Below, in pieces: positions 38,391-48,311 of a stretch of DNA of 64,000 nucleotides. The notes under the pieces were generated by a model. That model made no database searches, had not been told where the DNA came from, and saw only the letters and a program-made list of their open reading frames with translations. The DNA is taken from assembly GCA_964570365.1 (NCBI GenBank), contig CAZMXT010000001.1, forward strand, positions 73,440 through 137,439, read 5' to 3'. The position numbers and the translations under genes are program-made. Each line of letters opens with the position of its first letter. Within the stretch, counting starts at the first letter, position 1. The stretch is from an uncultured Pseudomonadales bacterium. GTDB taxonomy: Bacteria > Patescibacteriota > Microgenomatia > UBA1400 > PJMF01.

Positions 38391-39397
38391 AATTACTTGT
38401 GACAGGAGGCGCCGGCTTCATCGGTTCAAACTTTATTCACTATTGGCTCAGGAATCATCCCGATGATCAGGTAACGAACTTCGATAAGCTCACTTACGCG
38501 GGCAATCTTGAAAACTTAAGAGCAATTGAGAAAAACCCTGCCTACCACTTTATCCAGGGTGATATTACCTCTCCAGAACAAGTCGCTCAAGCTCTCAATA
38601 ATATTGATGTCGTGGTCCACTTTGCGGCCGAGACTCACGTAGACCGGTCAATTTTGGGACCTGGCATTTTTTTACAGACCAACGTGATTGGGACTCAAGT
38701 CCTGCTCGACGCTGTCCTAAAAGCAGGAATCCAGCGCTTTCATCACATCTCTACTGACGAAGTATTTGGTTCGCTAGAACTTGGTTCTCAAGAGAAATTC
38801 ACTGAACAGACCGCATATGATCCTCGCAGTCCTTATTCTGCCAGCAAAGCAGCCTCAGATCACTTAGTTCGTGCCTATGGAGAAACCTATGGCTTGCCCT
38901 ACACTATTACCAACTGCTCAAACAACTACGGCGAGTATCAATTCCCGGAGAAACTTTTTGGCTTAACTATCACCAACCTGATCGAGGGCAAGAAGGTTCT
39001 GGTGTATGGAGATGGTCTAAATGTGCGCGACTGGTTATATGTACAGGATCATTGCCGAGCCATTGAAGCCGTGCTGCTCAAAGGTCAGTTGCAAGAAACC
39101 TACACGGTCGGCGGCTTAAAAGATGATGTCAGTAACCTCGAAGTAGTCAAAATGATAATGAGAATTATGGGTCAGAACGAGCAAATGATTGAGTTCGTCA
39201 AGGACCGACCAGGTCATGATCGTCGCTATGCAGTAAATTGGGACAAGATCCATGATCAGCTCGGCTGGTCGCCTTCTGTAACTTTAGAAGAAGGTTTAGT
39301 CAAAACCATTGCTTGGTATCAAGAAAATGAAGCTTGGTGGAAACCCTTGAAAGAGAATACTCAAGCTTTTTTTGCGCAAAACTATAAAAAAGCCTAA
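38387..39397 (+). CDS. rfbB: dTDP-glucose 4,6-dehydratase
   Basis: It has [16 protein letters not shown]...[14 protein letters not shown]...[10 protein letters not shown]...ITNCSNNYG, the canonical RmlB-type extended SDR. Confidence 0.9.
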   Translation: MKLLVTGGAGFIGSNFIHYWLRNHPDDQVTNFDKLTYAGNLENLRAIEKNPAYHFIQGDITSPEQVAQALNNIDVVVHFAAETHVDRSILGPGIFLQTNVIGTQVLLDAVLKAGIQRFHHISTDEVFGSLELGSQEKFTEQTAYDPRSPYSASKAASDHLVRAYGETYGLPYTITNCSNNYGEYQFPEKLFGLTITNLIEGKKVLVYGDGLNVRDWLYVQDHCRAIEAVLLKGQLQETYTVGGLKDDVSNLEVVKMIMRIMGQNEQMIEFVKDRPGHDRRYAVNWDKIHDQLGWSPSVTLEEGLVKTIAWYQENEAWWKPLKENTQAFFAQNYKKA

Positions 39398-39415
39398 AAA
39401 CTTCTAAGGAAAAAT

Positions 39416-39949
39416 ATGAAGATTGCAGATACCTACGAGCATCAATTAACCACTCAAGCCTATGGCCAGAAACCATTCATTGAAGGTGTTGAGATCATTG
39501 AGCTGTCTTTTCATAATGACGATGGAGGCAATTTTGTCGAGCTTTTCCGCCTAGAAGAGGGCCGCATCGCGGGTGTCAAAGAGCCTTTTACAGCTAAACA
39601 AATTAGTGCATCTGTTTTAACTCCTGGTACGATTAAGGCCTTTCATATCCACAAAAAACAAAATGATTTATGGTATGTCTCACCCTACGACCGCTTGCTC
39701 GTGAACTTGCGTGACTTGCGAGAAGACTCTCCTACCTTCAATGCGCATGTACGATTGGTTCTGGGAGGCGGTAAGAACTCAATGCTTCGGATCCCTCATG
39801 GCGTAGCTCACGGCGCCGCCAATGCGTACGAACGCAACATGACACTTTTGTATGCCACCAGCGAACAATTTAACCCTTCTGAGCCTGACGAACATCGCCT
39901 ACCCTGGGATGCATTTGGCGCAGAAATCTGGGCGCTGGTAAAAGGTTGA
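39416..39949 (+). CDS. cupin-fold dTDP-sugar epimerase/isomerase (RmlC-like; could instead be a 3,4-ketoisomerase)
   Basis: A 177-aa protein. HNDDGGNFVELFRLEE aligns with the DERGFFMETY region of RmlC. A possible RBS (aaggaaaaat) lies upstream. Confidence 0.55.
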   Translation: MKIADTYEHQLTTQAYGQKPFIEGVEIIELSFHNDDGGNFVELFRLEEGRIAGVKEPFTAKQISASVLTPGTIKAFHIHKKQNDLWYVSPYDRLLVNLRDLREDSPTFNAHVRLVLGGGKNSMLRIPHGVAHGAANAYERNMTLLYATSEQFNPSEPDEHRLPWDAFGAEIWALVKG

Positions 39950-39950
39950 G

Positions 39951-40829
39951 ATGAAAACTTCAATTATCGGAACCGGTCTTTCTGGTTTAGTCGGCTCTAA
40001 ATTAGTTACAGATTTTGAAGCCTCCTACGACTTCCAAAACCTAGATGTCACTCACCCCACTAAACCAGTAGATATTACCAATTTGGAACAACTTCGACAG
40101 GTATTTACTGCTTCTGAGGCACCAGTGGTGGTTCATTTCGCTGCCTTTACTGACGTTAATAAAGCTTGGGAAGATCGAGACAATAAAGAAGGCATCGTCT
40201 ATAAAGTGAACGTGACCGGCACTGAAAATATTGCCCGGGCAGCCAAAGAAACGAATAAGCATTTAATCCATATTTCCACTGCCTACGTCTTTGATGGCAA
40301 GAAATCTGAGTCATATACAGAAGAAGATCAGATGAGCCCGATTGAGTGGTATGGCCAAACGAAATCCTGGGCCGAAGAGAAAGTGATGAAAGTAGGTGGC
40401 AGCTGGACAATTCTGCGAATTGATCAGCCTTTCCGCAGTGACTCCTTTCCGAAAAAAGATATTGCCCACCGAATTATTGCTGGGCTGCAAGACAAGACGC
40501 TGTATCCGTTATTTACTGATCATTTTTTTGGCCCTACCTACATTAATGACTTTGCGAAAGTGATTGATTGGGTGATTCGGACCAAGACTGCTGGACTCTT
40601 TCATGCTTCTTCTGGCGAGCGCTGGACTGATTATGATTTTGCCAGCCTCATTTCCCAAACACTGAACTTACCTGGAGAGCTTCAAGTAGGCGACTTAGAT
40701 GAGTATCTGAGAACTTTGACCAGACCATATCAGCGAAATACCGCTTTAAATACGACTAAACTTTTTGCAAAACTGGACTTCCAGCCAAAAAGTATTAAAC
40801 GAGCAATCGCAGAAATAACCGATTTTTAA
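39951..40829 (+). CDS. dTDP-4-dehydrorhamnose reductase-like (RmlD family)
   Basis: It has MKTSIIGTGLSGLVGSKL...HISTAYVFDG...YGQTKSWAE, matching the RmlD pattern STDYVFDG...YGKTK. Confidence 0.75.
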   Translation: MKTSIIGTGLSGLVGSKLVTDFEASYDFQNLDVTHPTKPVDITNLEQLRQVFTASEAPVVVHFAAFTDVNKAWEDRDNKEGIVYKVNVTGTENIARAAKETNKHLIHISTAYVFDGKKSESYTEEDQMSPIEWYGQTKSWAEEKVMKVGGSWTILRIDQPFRSDSFPKKDIAHRIIAGLQDKTLYPLFTDHFFGPTYINDFAKVIDWVIRTKTAGLFHASSGERWTDYDFASLISQTLNLPGELQVGDLDEYLRTLTRPYQRNTALNTTKLFAKLDFQPKSIKRAIAEITDF

Positions 40830-41506
40830 TTTTTCTCCTGCCGACTTTGAGATTTGCGCCACGCCTCAATGAGCTTGTGATGCCCTTGGAGCAAGATTTC
40901 CGGAACTTGCCAACCCTGGTACTCTACTGGTCGAGTGTATTGAGGATGTCCAAGAAAGCCCACTGCCGAGTGTGACTCATTCGTCGTGCTACTTTCATTT
41001 CCTAGCACTCCTTCGATGAGTCTGCTAATCGCGTCCACCATCACTAAAGCGGCAGGCTCACCGCCAGTCAACACGAAATCTCCTATCCGCAACTCTTCAT
41101 CTGCCAAGTGCCAAGCTACACGCTCATCGACGCCTTCATAGTGTCCACAAATAATCACCAGCTCATCCAGCTGTGACAACTCAACTGCTTTTTCTTGAGT
41201 AAAGGCCTGACCTTTGGCTGAAGTTAAGATTACTCGGGACTTACGTGCTGCTCGATTTGGGTCATGCTCTTTATCTTTGTACCCTAAATCATACAACGCT
41301 GCATGGATGGGTTCTACCTTCATTACCATCCCTGGACCGCCACCAAATGGTCGGTCATCAGTGGTTTGATGCTTATCGGTCGCAAAGTCACGGATATTAA
41401 TAAGCTGGTACTCATTGATCCCTTTTGCATCTGCGCGCTTCAACATTGACGTCGAAAAAGGAGAGCTAAAAAACTCTGGAAAAAGGGTCAGTACTTTAAA
41501 TCTCAT
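40826..41506 (-). CDS. trmD: tRNA (guanine37-N1)-methyltransferase
   Basis: It has MRFKVLTLFPEFF...RPFGGGPGMVMKVEPI...ICGHYEGVDERV...GDFVLTGGEPAALVMVDAI, a classic SPOUT TrmD. Confidence 0.9.
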   Translation of the reverse strand: MRFKVLTLFPEFFSSPFSTSMLKRADAKGINEYQLINIRDFATDKHQTTDDRPFGGGPGMVMKVEPIHAALYDLGYKDKEHDPNRAARKSRVILTSAKGQAFTQEKAVELSQLDELVIICGHYEGVDERVAWHLADEELRIGDFVLTGGEPAALVMVDAISRLIEGVLGNESSTTNESHSAVGFLGHPQYTRPVEYQGWQVPEILLQGHHKLIEAWRKSQSRQEKN

Positions 41507-41557
41507 GACAGAATTATACTCGCCCTGCTATACTCTACCAATTAGCGTCTTAGACTT
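41507..41557. promoter_or_regulatory. divergent promoter region between trmD (-) and the UDP-sugar dehydrogenase gene (+)
   Basis: A 51-bp AT-rich spacer containing TATACT-like -10 hexamers (gaattatactcgccctgctatactct). Confidence 0.35.
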
Positions 41558-42850
41558 ATGAATATTTGCATCATTGGTACTGGTTTTGTAGGAGTTGTAG
41601 CGGCTGCTGTGTATGCCTCACTTGGGCATACTGTGATTGGATTGGATGTCGATTTGGCCAAAATTGAGAAGTTGCGTCAGGGAATCGTGCCTTTTTTTGA
41701 ACCTCAGTTAAAAGAGTTACTGATTGAGCAACAAAGCTTGGGTAAACTAAGCTTCACCACTGAGTATAAAGTGGCTATTTCCAACTCTGAAATTGTGATT
41801 ATTGCCGTAGGAACTCCTTCTGCTCCTGACGGTCAAGCCGATTTAAAGTATGTGGTTGCTTCGGCAGAATCATTAGCACCTTTTCTGAAAGAAAAAGCCA
41901 TCGTCATCATCAAGTCTACGGTTCCACCCGGCACATTGCCTAAAATAGAAGATGTAATTCGCCGGAAGACACAGGTAAAGTTTTTTACTGCTTCACTGCC
42001 TGAATTCTTGAAAGAAGGCAGCGCTGTGCATGACACCCTTAATCCAGATCGAATCGTGATTGGTGCAACCGACCCTTTTGTTTTTGCAACACTGGAAGCT
42101 CTGCACGCTCCATTTGAAGCCCATATCGTTAAAGTTCGACCTGAGTCTGCTCAAATGGCCAAGTATGCTGCCAATGCTTACCTAGCTACTAGAATTACCT
42201 TTATTAATCAAATTGCTGATTTGTGCGAAAAGAATGGAGCTGACATTCAGGATGTGATCGAGGCCATTGGCTATGACAAAAGAATTGGCAAACATTATTG
42301 GTATCCTGGATTTGGCTATGGTGGCTCCTGTTTTCCCAAAGATGTCAAAGAGCTAGCTGCCTACTCACGTGCCATAAATGAAGAGCATAATCTCTTGAAT
42401 AAAATTAATGAACTGAATGAGCAACGAGTAGCTAAACTGCTGGATTCATACAAAGATAGAATTGGTGGTTGGCAAGGCAAAAAAGTGGCTGTTCTCGGCC
42501 TGTCTTTCAAACCAAATACTGATGACATGCGTGAGGCCCCCAGCACTAGAGTTATTCCTTATTTGCTAGAACACGGAGCTATGGTTACTGGATATGACCC
42601 AAAAACCGTTGAGGTTGCGCCCCACTTCATTCCCGCCAATGAGCACTTGAGTTTCACCGAAGATCTCAATGCTGCAGTCGAAGGTACAGACGTGATTTTC
42701 AGCTTAATTGAGTGGCCAGAAATTACCACCTACGACTTTAGCTCGGCTAGAAATAAGGATAAAACACAGTGGTTTATTGATGCCCGCAATCAATTCTCGC
42801 CTGCCAGAGTCAGTGAGTGGGGTTTTGAGTACATTGGAATAGGAAGATAG
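41558..42850 (+). CDS. UDP-glucose/UDP-sugar 6-dehydrogenase
   Basis: It has MNICIIGTGFVGVV (NAD-binding) and GFGYGGSCFPKDVKEL (catalytic Cys), typical of the UDP-glucose/GDP-mannose dehydrogenase family. It could equally be a WbpA-like UDP-GlcNAc 6-dehydrogenase. Confidence 0.85.
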   Translation: MNICIIGTGFVGVVAAAVYASLGHTVIGLDVDLAKIEKLRQGIVPFFEPQLKELLIEQQSLGKLSFTTEYKVAISNSEIVIIAVGTPSAPDGQADLKYVVASAESLAPFLKEKAIVIIKSTVPPGTLPKIEDVIRRKTQVKFFTASLPEFLKEGSAVHDTLNPDRIVIGATDPFVFATLEALHAPFEAHIVKVRPESAQMAKYAANAYLATRITFINQIADLCEKNGADIQDVIEAIGYDKRIGKHYWYPGFGYGGSCFPKDVKELAAYSRAINEEHNLLNKINELNEQRVAKLLDSYKDRIGGWQGKKVAVLGLSFKPNTDDMREAPSTRVIPYLLEHGAMVTGYDPKTVEVAPHFIPANEHLSFTEDLNAAVEGTDVIFSLIEWPEITTYDFSSARNKDKTQWFIDARNQFSPARVSEWGFEYIGIGR

Positions 42851-42861
42851 AAATTGCGAAT

Positions 42862-43824
42862 ATGGCAAACCAGACTAAAATTTTAATTACTGGTGGAACG
42901 GGCTTTGCTGGCTCTCACTTGATAGCGGCGCTAAAAAAGAAGGAGTATCAAAATATTCATGTGACTCACTTTGCCTCAACCCAGAACGCGGAGCTAGGCA
43001 AAGAAGTCGTAGTCCATCAGCTTAACTTGACAGACAAATCGAGTGTGGCTGCTTTAATCAAAGAAGTTCAGCCGGAGCAGATATATCACCTGGCTTCGTT
43101 CGCAGCTGTAGGAAAAAGTTTCCAACAGGCTTCGATGATCCTCGAAAATAACATTACTTTGCAGTTGAATGTCCTTGAAGCCATGCGCGAGCACGCTCCT
43201 AAAGCTCGACTTTTATCAATTGGCAGCGCTGAAGAGTATGGTCTGGTCTCTACGGAGATTGCCAAAGCTCACCGTAAAATTAATGAAGAAACAGCCTTAA
43301 ATCCAGTCAATCCATATGCTGTTTCCAAAGTTGCTCAGGATTTGCTGGCAAACGCCTATTTTTTGTCATTTCAACTAGATATTGTCAGAGTCAGACCCTT
43401 CAATCACATTGGCGAAAATCAATCGCCTGATTTTGTCATCCCAGCTTTTGCTAGCCAGATTGTAAAGATTGAAAAAGACCCAGAAAGCAAGCTGAAAGTT
43501 GGCAATTTGGAGAGCATTCGTGACTTTACTGATGTCAAAGATATGGTTCAGGCCTATATTGTTTTGATGGAGAAAGGCAGAGCTGGAACTGTGTACAATA
43601 TTGGTAGTGGAAGGGGGGTAAGAATTAAAGAAGTGCTCGAGACACTGCTTCAATTGGCCAATCAACCCATTCAAGTGGAAGAAGATCCCTCTAGACTACG
43701 CCCTTCAGATGTACCCTACTTTGTAGCTGACATCACCAAGATTCGGGAGCTTGGCTGGGAGCCCAAGATTGAGTTATCACATACTTTAGAACGAGTACTA
43801 AATGAATGGAGATCCAAAGCATGA
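42862..43824 (+). CDS. NAD(P)-dependent 4-keto-6-deoxy sugar reductase/epimerase (Rmd/Fcl-like SDR)
   Basis: It has [14 protein letters not shown] and PYAVSK (YxxxK). It lies immediately upstream of gmd and is translationally coupled to it (ATGA at 43821-43824). Confidence 0.7.
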   Translation: MANQTKILITGGTGFAGSHLIAALKKKEYQNIHVTHFASTQNAELGKEVVVHQLNLTDKSSVAALIKEVQPEQIYHLASFAAVGKSFQQASMILENNITLQLNVLEAMREHAPKARLLSIGSAEEYGLVSTEIAKAHRKINEETALNPVNPYAVSKVAQDLLANAYFLSFQLDIVRVRPFNHIGENQSPDFVIPAFASQIVKIEKDPESKLKVGNLESIRDFTDVKDMVQAYIVLMEKGRAGTVYNIGSGRGVRIKEVLETLLQLANQPIQVEEDPSRLRPSDVPYFVADITKIRELGWEPKIELSHTLERVLNEWRSKA

Positions 43825-44795
43825 AAAAAGCGTTTATAACTGGGATAACCGGCCAAGATGGTTCGTACCTAGCTGAATCACTCTTAGAAAAGGGCTATCA
43901 AGTGTATGGCTTAAATCGCCGGACAAGCACCCAAAATTTTGAACGGATTCAATCAATTATTCACAACCCAAACCTGCAGTTGGTTTCTGGTGACTTACTC
44001 GATCAGCATTCCCTGACTGTCGCCTTGAAGGATATTCAACCTGATGAAGTGTACAACTTGGCTGCTCAGTCATTTGTTAAAACGAGTTGGGACCAACCAG
44101 TTCTGACTGGTGAGTTCACTGCTCTGGGGGTGACGCGAATGCTTGAAGCCGTGCGTTTTGCTTGCCCACAAGCTCGTTTCTACCAAGCTAGTTCTTCCGA
44201 GATGTTTGGTAAAGTTCAGGAGGTACCTCAAACCGAAGACACGCCTTTCTACCCTCGCTCGCCTTACGGCGTTGCGAAGGCATACGGACACTGGATTACA
44301 GTCAACTACCGCGAATCTTTTGATCTCTTTGCGTGCTCGGGCCTACTCTTTAATCATGAGTCTCCTCGCCGTGGCTTAGAGTTCGTAACTCGCAAAATTG
44401 CCAATGCCGTAGCTCGAGTGAAGTTAGGAAAACAACAGCATGTAGAACTGGGCAATATGGAAGCCAAGCGTGACTGGGGCTATGCCAAAGACTATGTTGA
44501 AGCCATGTGGTTAATGCTTCAACAAGATAAGCCTGAAGACTATGTCATTGCTACCGGAGAAACTCATTCTGTACAAGAATTTTTAGAGCTGTCATGTCAA
44601 GTGGCTGGGATTCAAGATTGGCAATCTATTTATAAACATAACCCTAGCTATGACCGACCAGCAGAAGTAGATCTCCTGATCGGAAACCCTTCAAAAGCCA
44701 AGCAAAAATTAGGTTGGAAACCCACCATTACCTTCTCACAACTAGTTGAGTTAATGGTTTTAGCTGAGCTTAAAATAGAAAGTGCTGCTCAATGA
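43821..44795 (+). CDS. gmd: GDP-mannose 4,6-dehydratase
   Basis: It has [36 protein letters not shown]...YNLAAQSFV...[21 protein letters not shown]...NHESPRRG, the canonical Gmd. Confidence 0.9.
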   Translation: MKKAFITGITGQDGSYLAESLLEKGYQVYGLNRRTSTQNFERIQSIIHNPNLQLVSGDLLDQHSLTVALKDIQPDEVYNLAAQSFVKTSWDQPVLTGEFTALGVTRMLEAVRFACPQARFYQASSSEMFGKVQEVPQTEDTPFYPRSPYGVAKAYGHWITVNYRESFDLFACSGLLFNHESPRRGLEFVTRKIANAVARVKLGKQQHVELGNMEAKRDWGYAKDYVEAMWLMLQQDKPEDYVIATGETHSVQEFLELSCQVAGIQDWQSIYKHNPSYDRPAEVDLLIGNPSKAKQKLGWKPTITFSQLVELMVLAELKIESAAQ

Positions 44796-45964
44796 AGAAG
44801 GCCTTTGTCATCATTCCCACCTACAATGAGCGTGAGAACATCGCCAAAGTAATCCCTTTGCTACTAGAAGTGTTTAGTAAAGTAGCTGATTGGGACATGA
44901 ATATTTTGGTGGTAGATGATAATTCTCCAGATAGAACTTCTGAAGTGGTTCAAGAACTACAAAAAAAATCCAAAAATATCTTCTTACTCTTAAACCCTCA
45001 CAAGTCGGGTCTGGGCGGAGCCTACTTAAAAGCTATGGCCAAGGCTTTTGATGAACTCAATGCCGACGTGGTTTTTGAGTTTGATGCAGATCTATCTCAT
45101 GATCCAACCAAAATTCCCAATTTCCTTAAAAAAATTGATCAGGGGTATGACATGGTACTGGGTTCTCGCTATATTTCTGGTGGTGGCATACCAGAAAACT
45201 GGGGACTCCATCGAAAGCTTTTAAGCGTCATTGGAAACTTGAGTATTATGTTAGTCCTGACAGACTTCCGAATCAGAGACTGGACCGGTGGCTACCGCGC
45301 TATCACCCGCAAAGTCTATGAAGCAGTTCATCCCGAGCTGCACAGTGAGCGATTCACCGGCTACACTTTTCAGATTGGCTTTTTACACAAGGCAGTTAAA
45401 AAAGGATTTAGCATTACCGAAGTACCTTTTAAGTTTGTAGATCGAGAGGTGGGTGAATCCAAGCTTGGGATGGAGTATATTAAAAATACGCTGTTATACA
45501 TTTTTCGCGTTCGCACTAAAGAAATCCTAACTAATCGAATTTTTAAGTTTATCGTGACTGGTAGCGTGGGAGCTCTTGTTCAGCTCTTATCCCTGCAGTT
45601 CTGGCGCAAATCATTCCCATATGAAGCTGCGTATTTTATCTCCTTAGAGACTGCTATTCTCTCTAACTTTATCTTAAGTAACTTCTGGACCTTTGCTGAC
45701 CGGAAGCCCAAACTTAGTCAGTACCCTAGTAAATTCGCCCAGTTTAACTTTGCATCAGCTGGATCGATCGTTGTCCAATTAATTATTGCGACAGCTGGTA
45801 AAAATCTGATTGGTTTGCATAGTCTCCTTACTGTACCGTTCATTAACTTAGAGATTGATACTGGTCTGATTTATGCAGTGATTGGGATTCTGGTCGGCAT
45901 GTCCTGGAACTTCTTCGCCTATAGTCGTTTTATTTGGAAAAAGCCACCAACTAAGGGGTCTTAG
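44792..45964 (+). CDS. polyprenyl-phosphate sugar synthase (Ppm1/DPM1-like GT2) fused to a C-terminal GtrA-like membrane domain
   Basis: The N-terminus [12 protein letters not shown]...VVDDNSPD...[10 protein letters not shown]...GSRYI matches DPM1-like enzymes. The C-terminus [15 protein letters not shown]...NFWTFADRK is a GtrA-family 4-TM domain. Confidence 0.8.
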   Translation: MKKAFVIIPTYNERENIAKVIPLLLEVFSKVADWDMNILVVDDNSPDRTSEVVQELQKKSKNIFLLLNPHKSGLGGAYLKAMAKAFDELNADVVFEFDADLSHDPTKIPNFLKKIDQGYDMVLGSRYISGGGIPENWGLHRKLLSVIGNLSIMLVLTDFRIRDWTGGYRAITRKVYEAVHPELHSERFTGYTFQIGFLHKAVKKGFSITEVPFKFVDREVGESKLGMEYIKNTLLYIFRVRTKEILTNRIFKFIVTGSVGALVQLLSLQFWRKSFPYEAAYFISLETAILSNFILSNFWTFADRKPKLSQYPSKFAQFNFASAGSIVVQLIIATAGKNLIGLHSLLTVPFINLEIDTGLIYAVIGILVGMSWNFFAYSRFIWKKPPTKGS

Positions 45965-45981
45965 TCTAGAGTTAACCTTAT

Positions 45982-47523
45982 ATGCTCGGTTTTCCCACTC
46001 TTTCTTCCATAAAACAGCGGATCAAAAAAATGAGTGTGATTGAGTGGATTTTAGTGGTGTTGTTGCTCGGGGGAGGCTTTTTACGTTTGTGGAACTTTCG
46101 CAATACTTTGGAGTTTCTCGGTGATCAAGGTCGTGACGTAATCGTCGCCAGTCGTATCTTTAGAGACCATGACCTTGTTTTGATTGGACCGGTCACCAGT
46201 ACAGGAGACATGTATCTGGGTCCCCTGTACTACTACTTCATGGTTCCATTTCTGTTTCTTAGTTTCCCCAATCCCATTGGACCAGCCTACGCAGTTGCAG
46301 CCCTTTCTATTCTGACTATCTTCCTGATGTACCAGCTAGGGAAGGAAATCGTCGGCCAAAAAGCGGCCATACTTGGGGCATTCTTTTTTGCGTTTTCGAG
46401 TGTCGCGGTCAGGTTTGCCCGCTTTAGTTGGAACCCTAATCCTGCGCCTTTACTCTCAATCATTTTTATCTGGGCATTGTGTAGAGCGCGCCTGAAAAGC
46501 CATTGGTACTTTGTACTGGCTGCTGCCTGCATTGCCATCTTAATCCAACTTCACTACGTAGCTTTATTGACCGTGCCAATGGCAGGTCTGGTGTGGCTAG
46601 CAGAGGCATTTAAACTGCGTCAGAAAGCAAGTATGGCGAAAAGATTCCTTGCTGCCACTCTAGTCTCACTGCTCCTGTTTGTGGCTTCATTGGCACCTTT
46701 AATTGCCTTTGACATTCGACACGATTACTTGAACTTTAACTCTTTAAAGTCCTTTATTGCTGACAGCCAGGACCCGCTGGAAGCCCAATCTATCAGCGAA
46801 AAGATTGCTACCACCCTCAAAGAGACACATGGCAGAAGTTTGCACATCTTCTTTGAAGTCTCCATTGGTAAACAAAGAACCCTAAATACTGTACTACTCA
46901 TCGGTGTCTTAGCAGCTCTAGTCATCATGTTAACTAAAAAGAAGAATGAGTGGAGAGATGGCCTCAGGTTACTTTTTCTTATCTACGTCGTGAGTGTTTT
47001 GGGTTTGTCTTTCTATCGCGGTTCTGTCTTTGACCACTATATTTCCTTCTTATTTCCCGCCACTTTCCTCATCTTTGGCAGTGTCCTAACCTGGATTAGT
47101 CAACATAAACTTGGAAAGCTGCTTGCAATCATTTTGATTGGAATTTTCCTTGGGTGGAATATTCCGCGCTACCCTTTGCGCACTCTGGGCTGGACAGTAG
47201 ATGAAATGCAGCAAACCAGCCAGACAGTGCTAGATCGAGTGAAACCAGGAGAAAAATATAACGTAATTTTACTTTCAGAATCAAAGGATATTTACGGTCA
47301 GAATTATCAGTACTTTCTACATGCTTCTGACAAACCGCCAGTACGACTTGAACAACTAGGAGAGGCCAGTAAATTATTTATAATTGATGAGCAACGACTG
47401 CCGATTGATGTAACCCAAATGCCAATTTATGAAATTGTCGTATTTCCCAATAAGAAGCCGACTGAAGTGTATACTATACAAGACGGTCCCCGTATTACAG
47501 TTCTGAAGAAAGAAGATGACTAA
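45982..47523 (+). CDS. polytopic membrane protein, GT-C candidate (GRD-motif family, paralog of 11292)
   Basis: See 11292; the two share the GDQGRD...LIGPVTS block. It is 513 aa with a hydrophilic C-terminal domain of about 150 aa. Confidence 0.55.
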   Translation: MLGFPTLSSIKQRIKKMSVIEWILVVLLLGGGFLRLWNFRNTLEFLGDQGRDVIVASRIFRDHDLVLIGPVTSTGDMYLGPLYYYFMVPFLFLSFPNPIGPAYAVAALSILTIFLMYQLGKEIVGQKAAILGAFFFAFSSVAVRFARFSWNPNPAPLLSIIFIWALCRARLKSHWYFVLAAACIAILIQLHYVALLTVPMAGLVWLAEAFKLRQKASMAKRFLAATLVSLLLFVASLAPLIAFDIRHDYLNFNSLKSFIADSQDPLEAQSISEKIATTLKETHGRSLHIFFEVSIGKQRTLNTVLLIGVLAALVIMLTKKKNEWRDGLRLLFLIYVVSVLGLSFYRGSVFDHYISFLFPATFLIFGSVLTWISQHKLGKLLAIILIGIFLGWNIPRYPLRTLGWTVDEMQQTSQTVLDRVKPGEKYNVILLSESKDIYGQNYQYFLHASDKPPVRLEQLGEASKLFIIDEQRLPIDVTQMPIYEIVVFPNKKPTEVYTIQDGPRITVLKKEDD

Positions 47524-47532
47524 TTCTTTTGT

Positions 47533-48309
47533 ATGGCTAACTATCGCCTTCACCTCTCAATTGTAATTCCTTCTTATAATGAAGCCAAAAATATTCATCG
47601 AGGAGTTCTTACATCTCTGGCGGAACATTTGTCAAAACTAGAAGGCTCATGGGAAGTTATTTTTAGTGACGATGGCTCAAACGATGAAACAGTTCCCTTA
47701 ATTCGCGAGTTTATTCAAAAGTATTCCAAGCAATTTCCTGACCAGCTTTCCATCTTAGAGAACATTCACGCTGGCAAGGGACCAACCGTCCAAGCTGGAA
47801 TGTTAAAGGCTCAAGGAAAGTATCGTCTTTTTACCGACTTTGACCAATCTACACCCCTAAATGAAGTCAAGAAGTTACTCAAGCATGCTCAGGAAAATTA
47901 CCCAGTAGTGATTGGTTCTCGAGAGATTGAAGGCGCCCATCGAGACCGCGAACCCCTACATCGTCACTTAATGGGACGGGGCTTCAACTTGCTCGTCCAG
48001 ATATTAGCCATACCCGGCATCTATGACACCCAGTGTGGCTTTAAACTTTTCAGCGCAGAAGCTACTGAGCAACTTTTTAGTAAGTTGTATGTGTACGGCA
48101 AACGATCTGCTCGTCAAGATGCTTTCACTGGTGCTTTTGACGTCGAGGCCCTTTACCTAGCAAAAAAATATGGCTTCAAAATTAAAGAAGTCCCTATTCA
48201 GTGGGAGCACAATGAAACCGATCGAGTTAGTCCTGTGAGAGACTCAGTCAGGATGCTCCGAGATATCTTCAGAATCAGGATTGCAGATCTAAATGGAAAG
48301 TATACATAA
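47533..48309 (+). CDS. GT2 polyprenyl-phosphate glycosyltransferase (DPM1/GtrB-like)
   Basis: It has LSIVIPSYNEAKNI...VIFSDDGSNDET...FTDFDQSTP...QCGFKLFS. The DxD and QxGFK arrangement is typical of Dol-P/undecaprenyl-P hexose synthases. Confidence 0.75.
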   Translation: MANYRLHLSIVIPSYNEAKNIHRGVLTSLAEHLSKLEGSWEVIFSDDGSNDETVPLIREFIQKYSKQFPDQLSILENIHAGKGPTVQAGMLKAQGKYRLFTDFDQSTPLNEVKKLLKHAQENYPVVIGSREIEGAHRDREPLHRHLMGRGFNLLVQILAIPGIYDTQCGFKLFSAEATEQLFSKLYVYGKRSARQDAFTGAFDVEALYLAKKYGFKIKEVPIQWEHNETDRVSPVRDSVRMLRDIFRIRIADLNGKYT

Positions 48310-48311
48310 AG

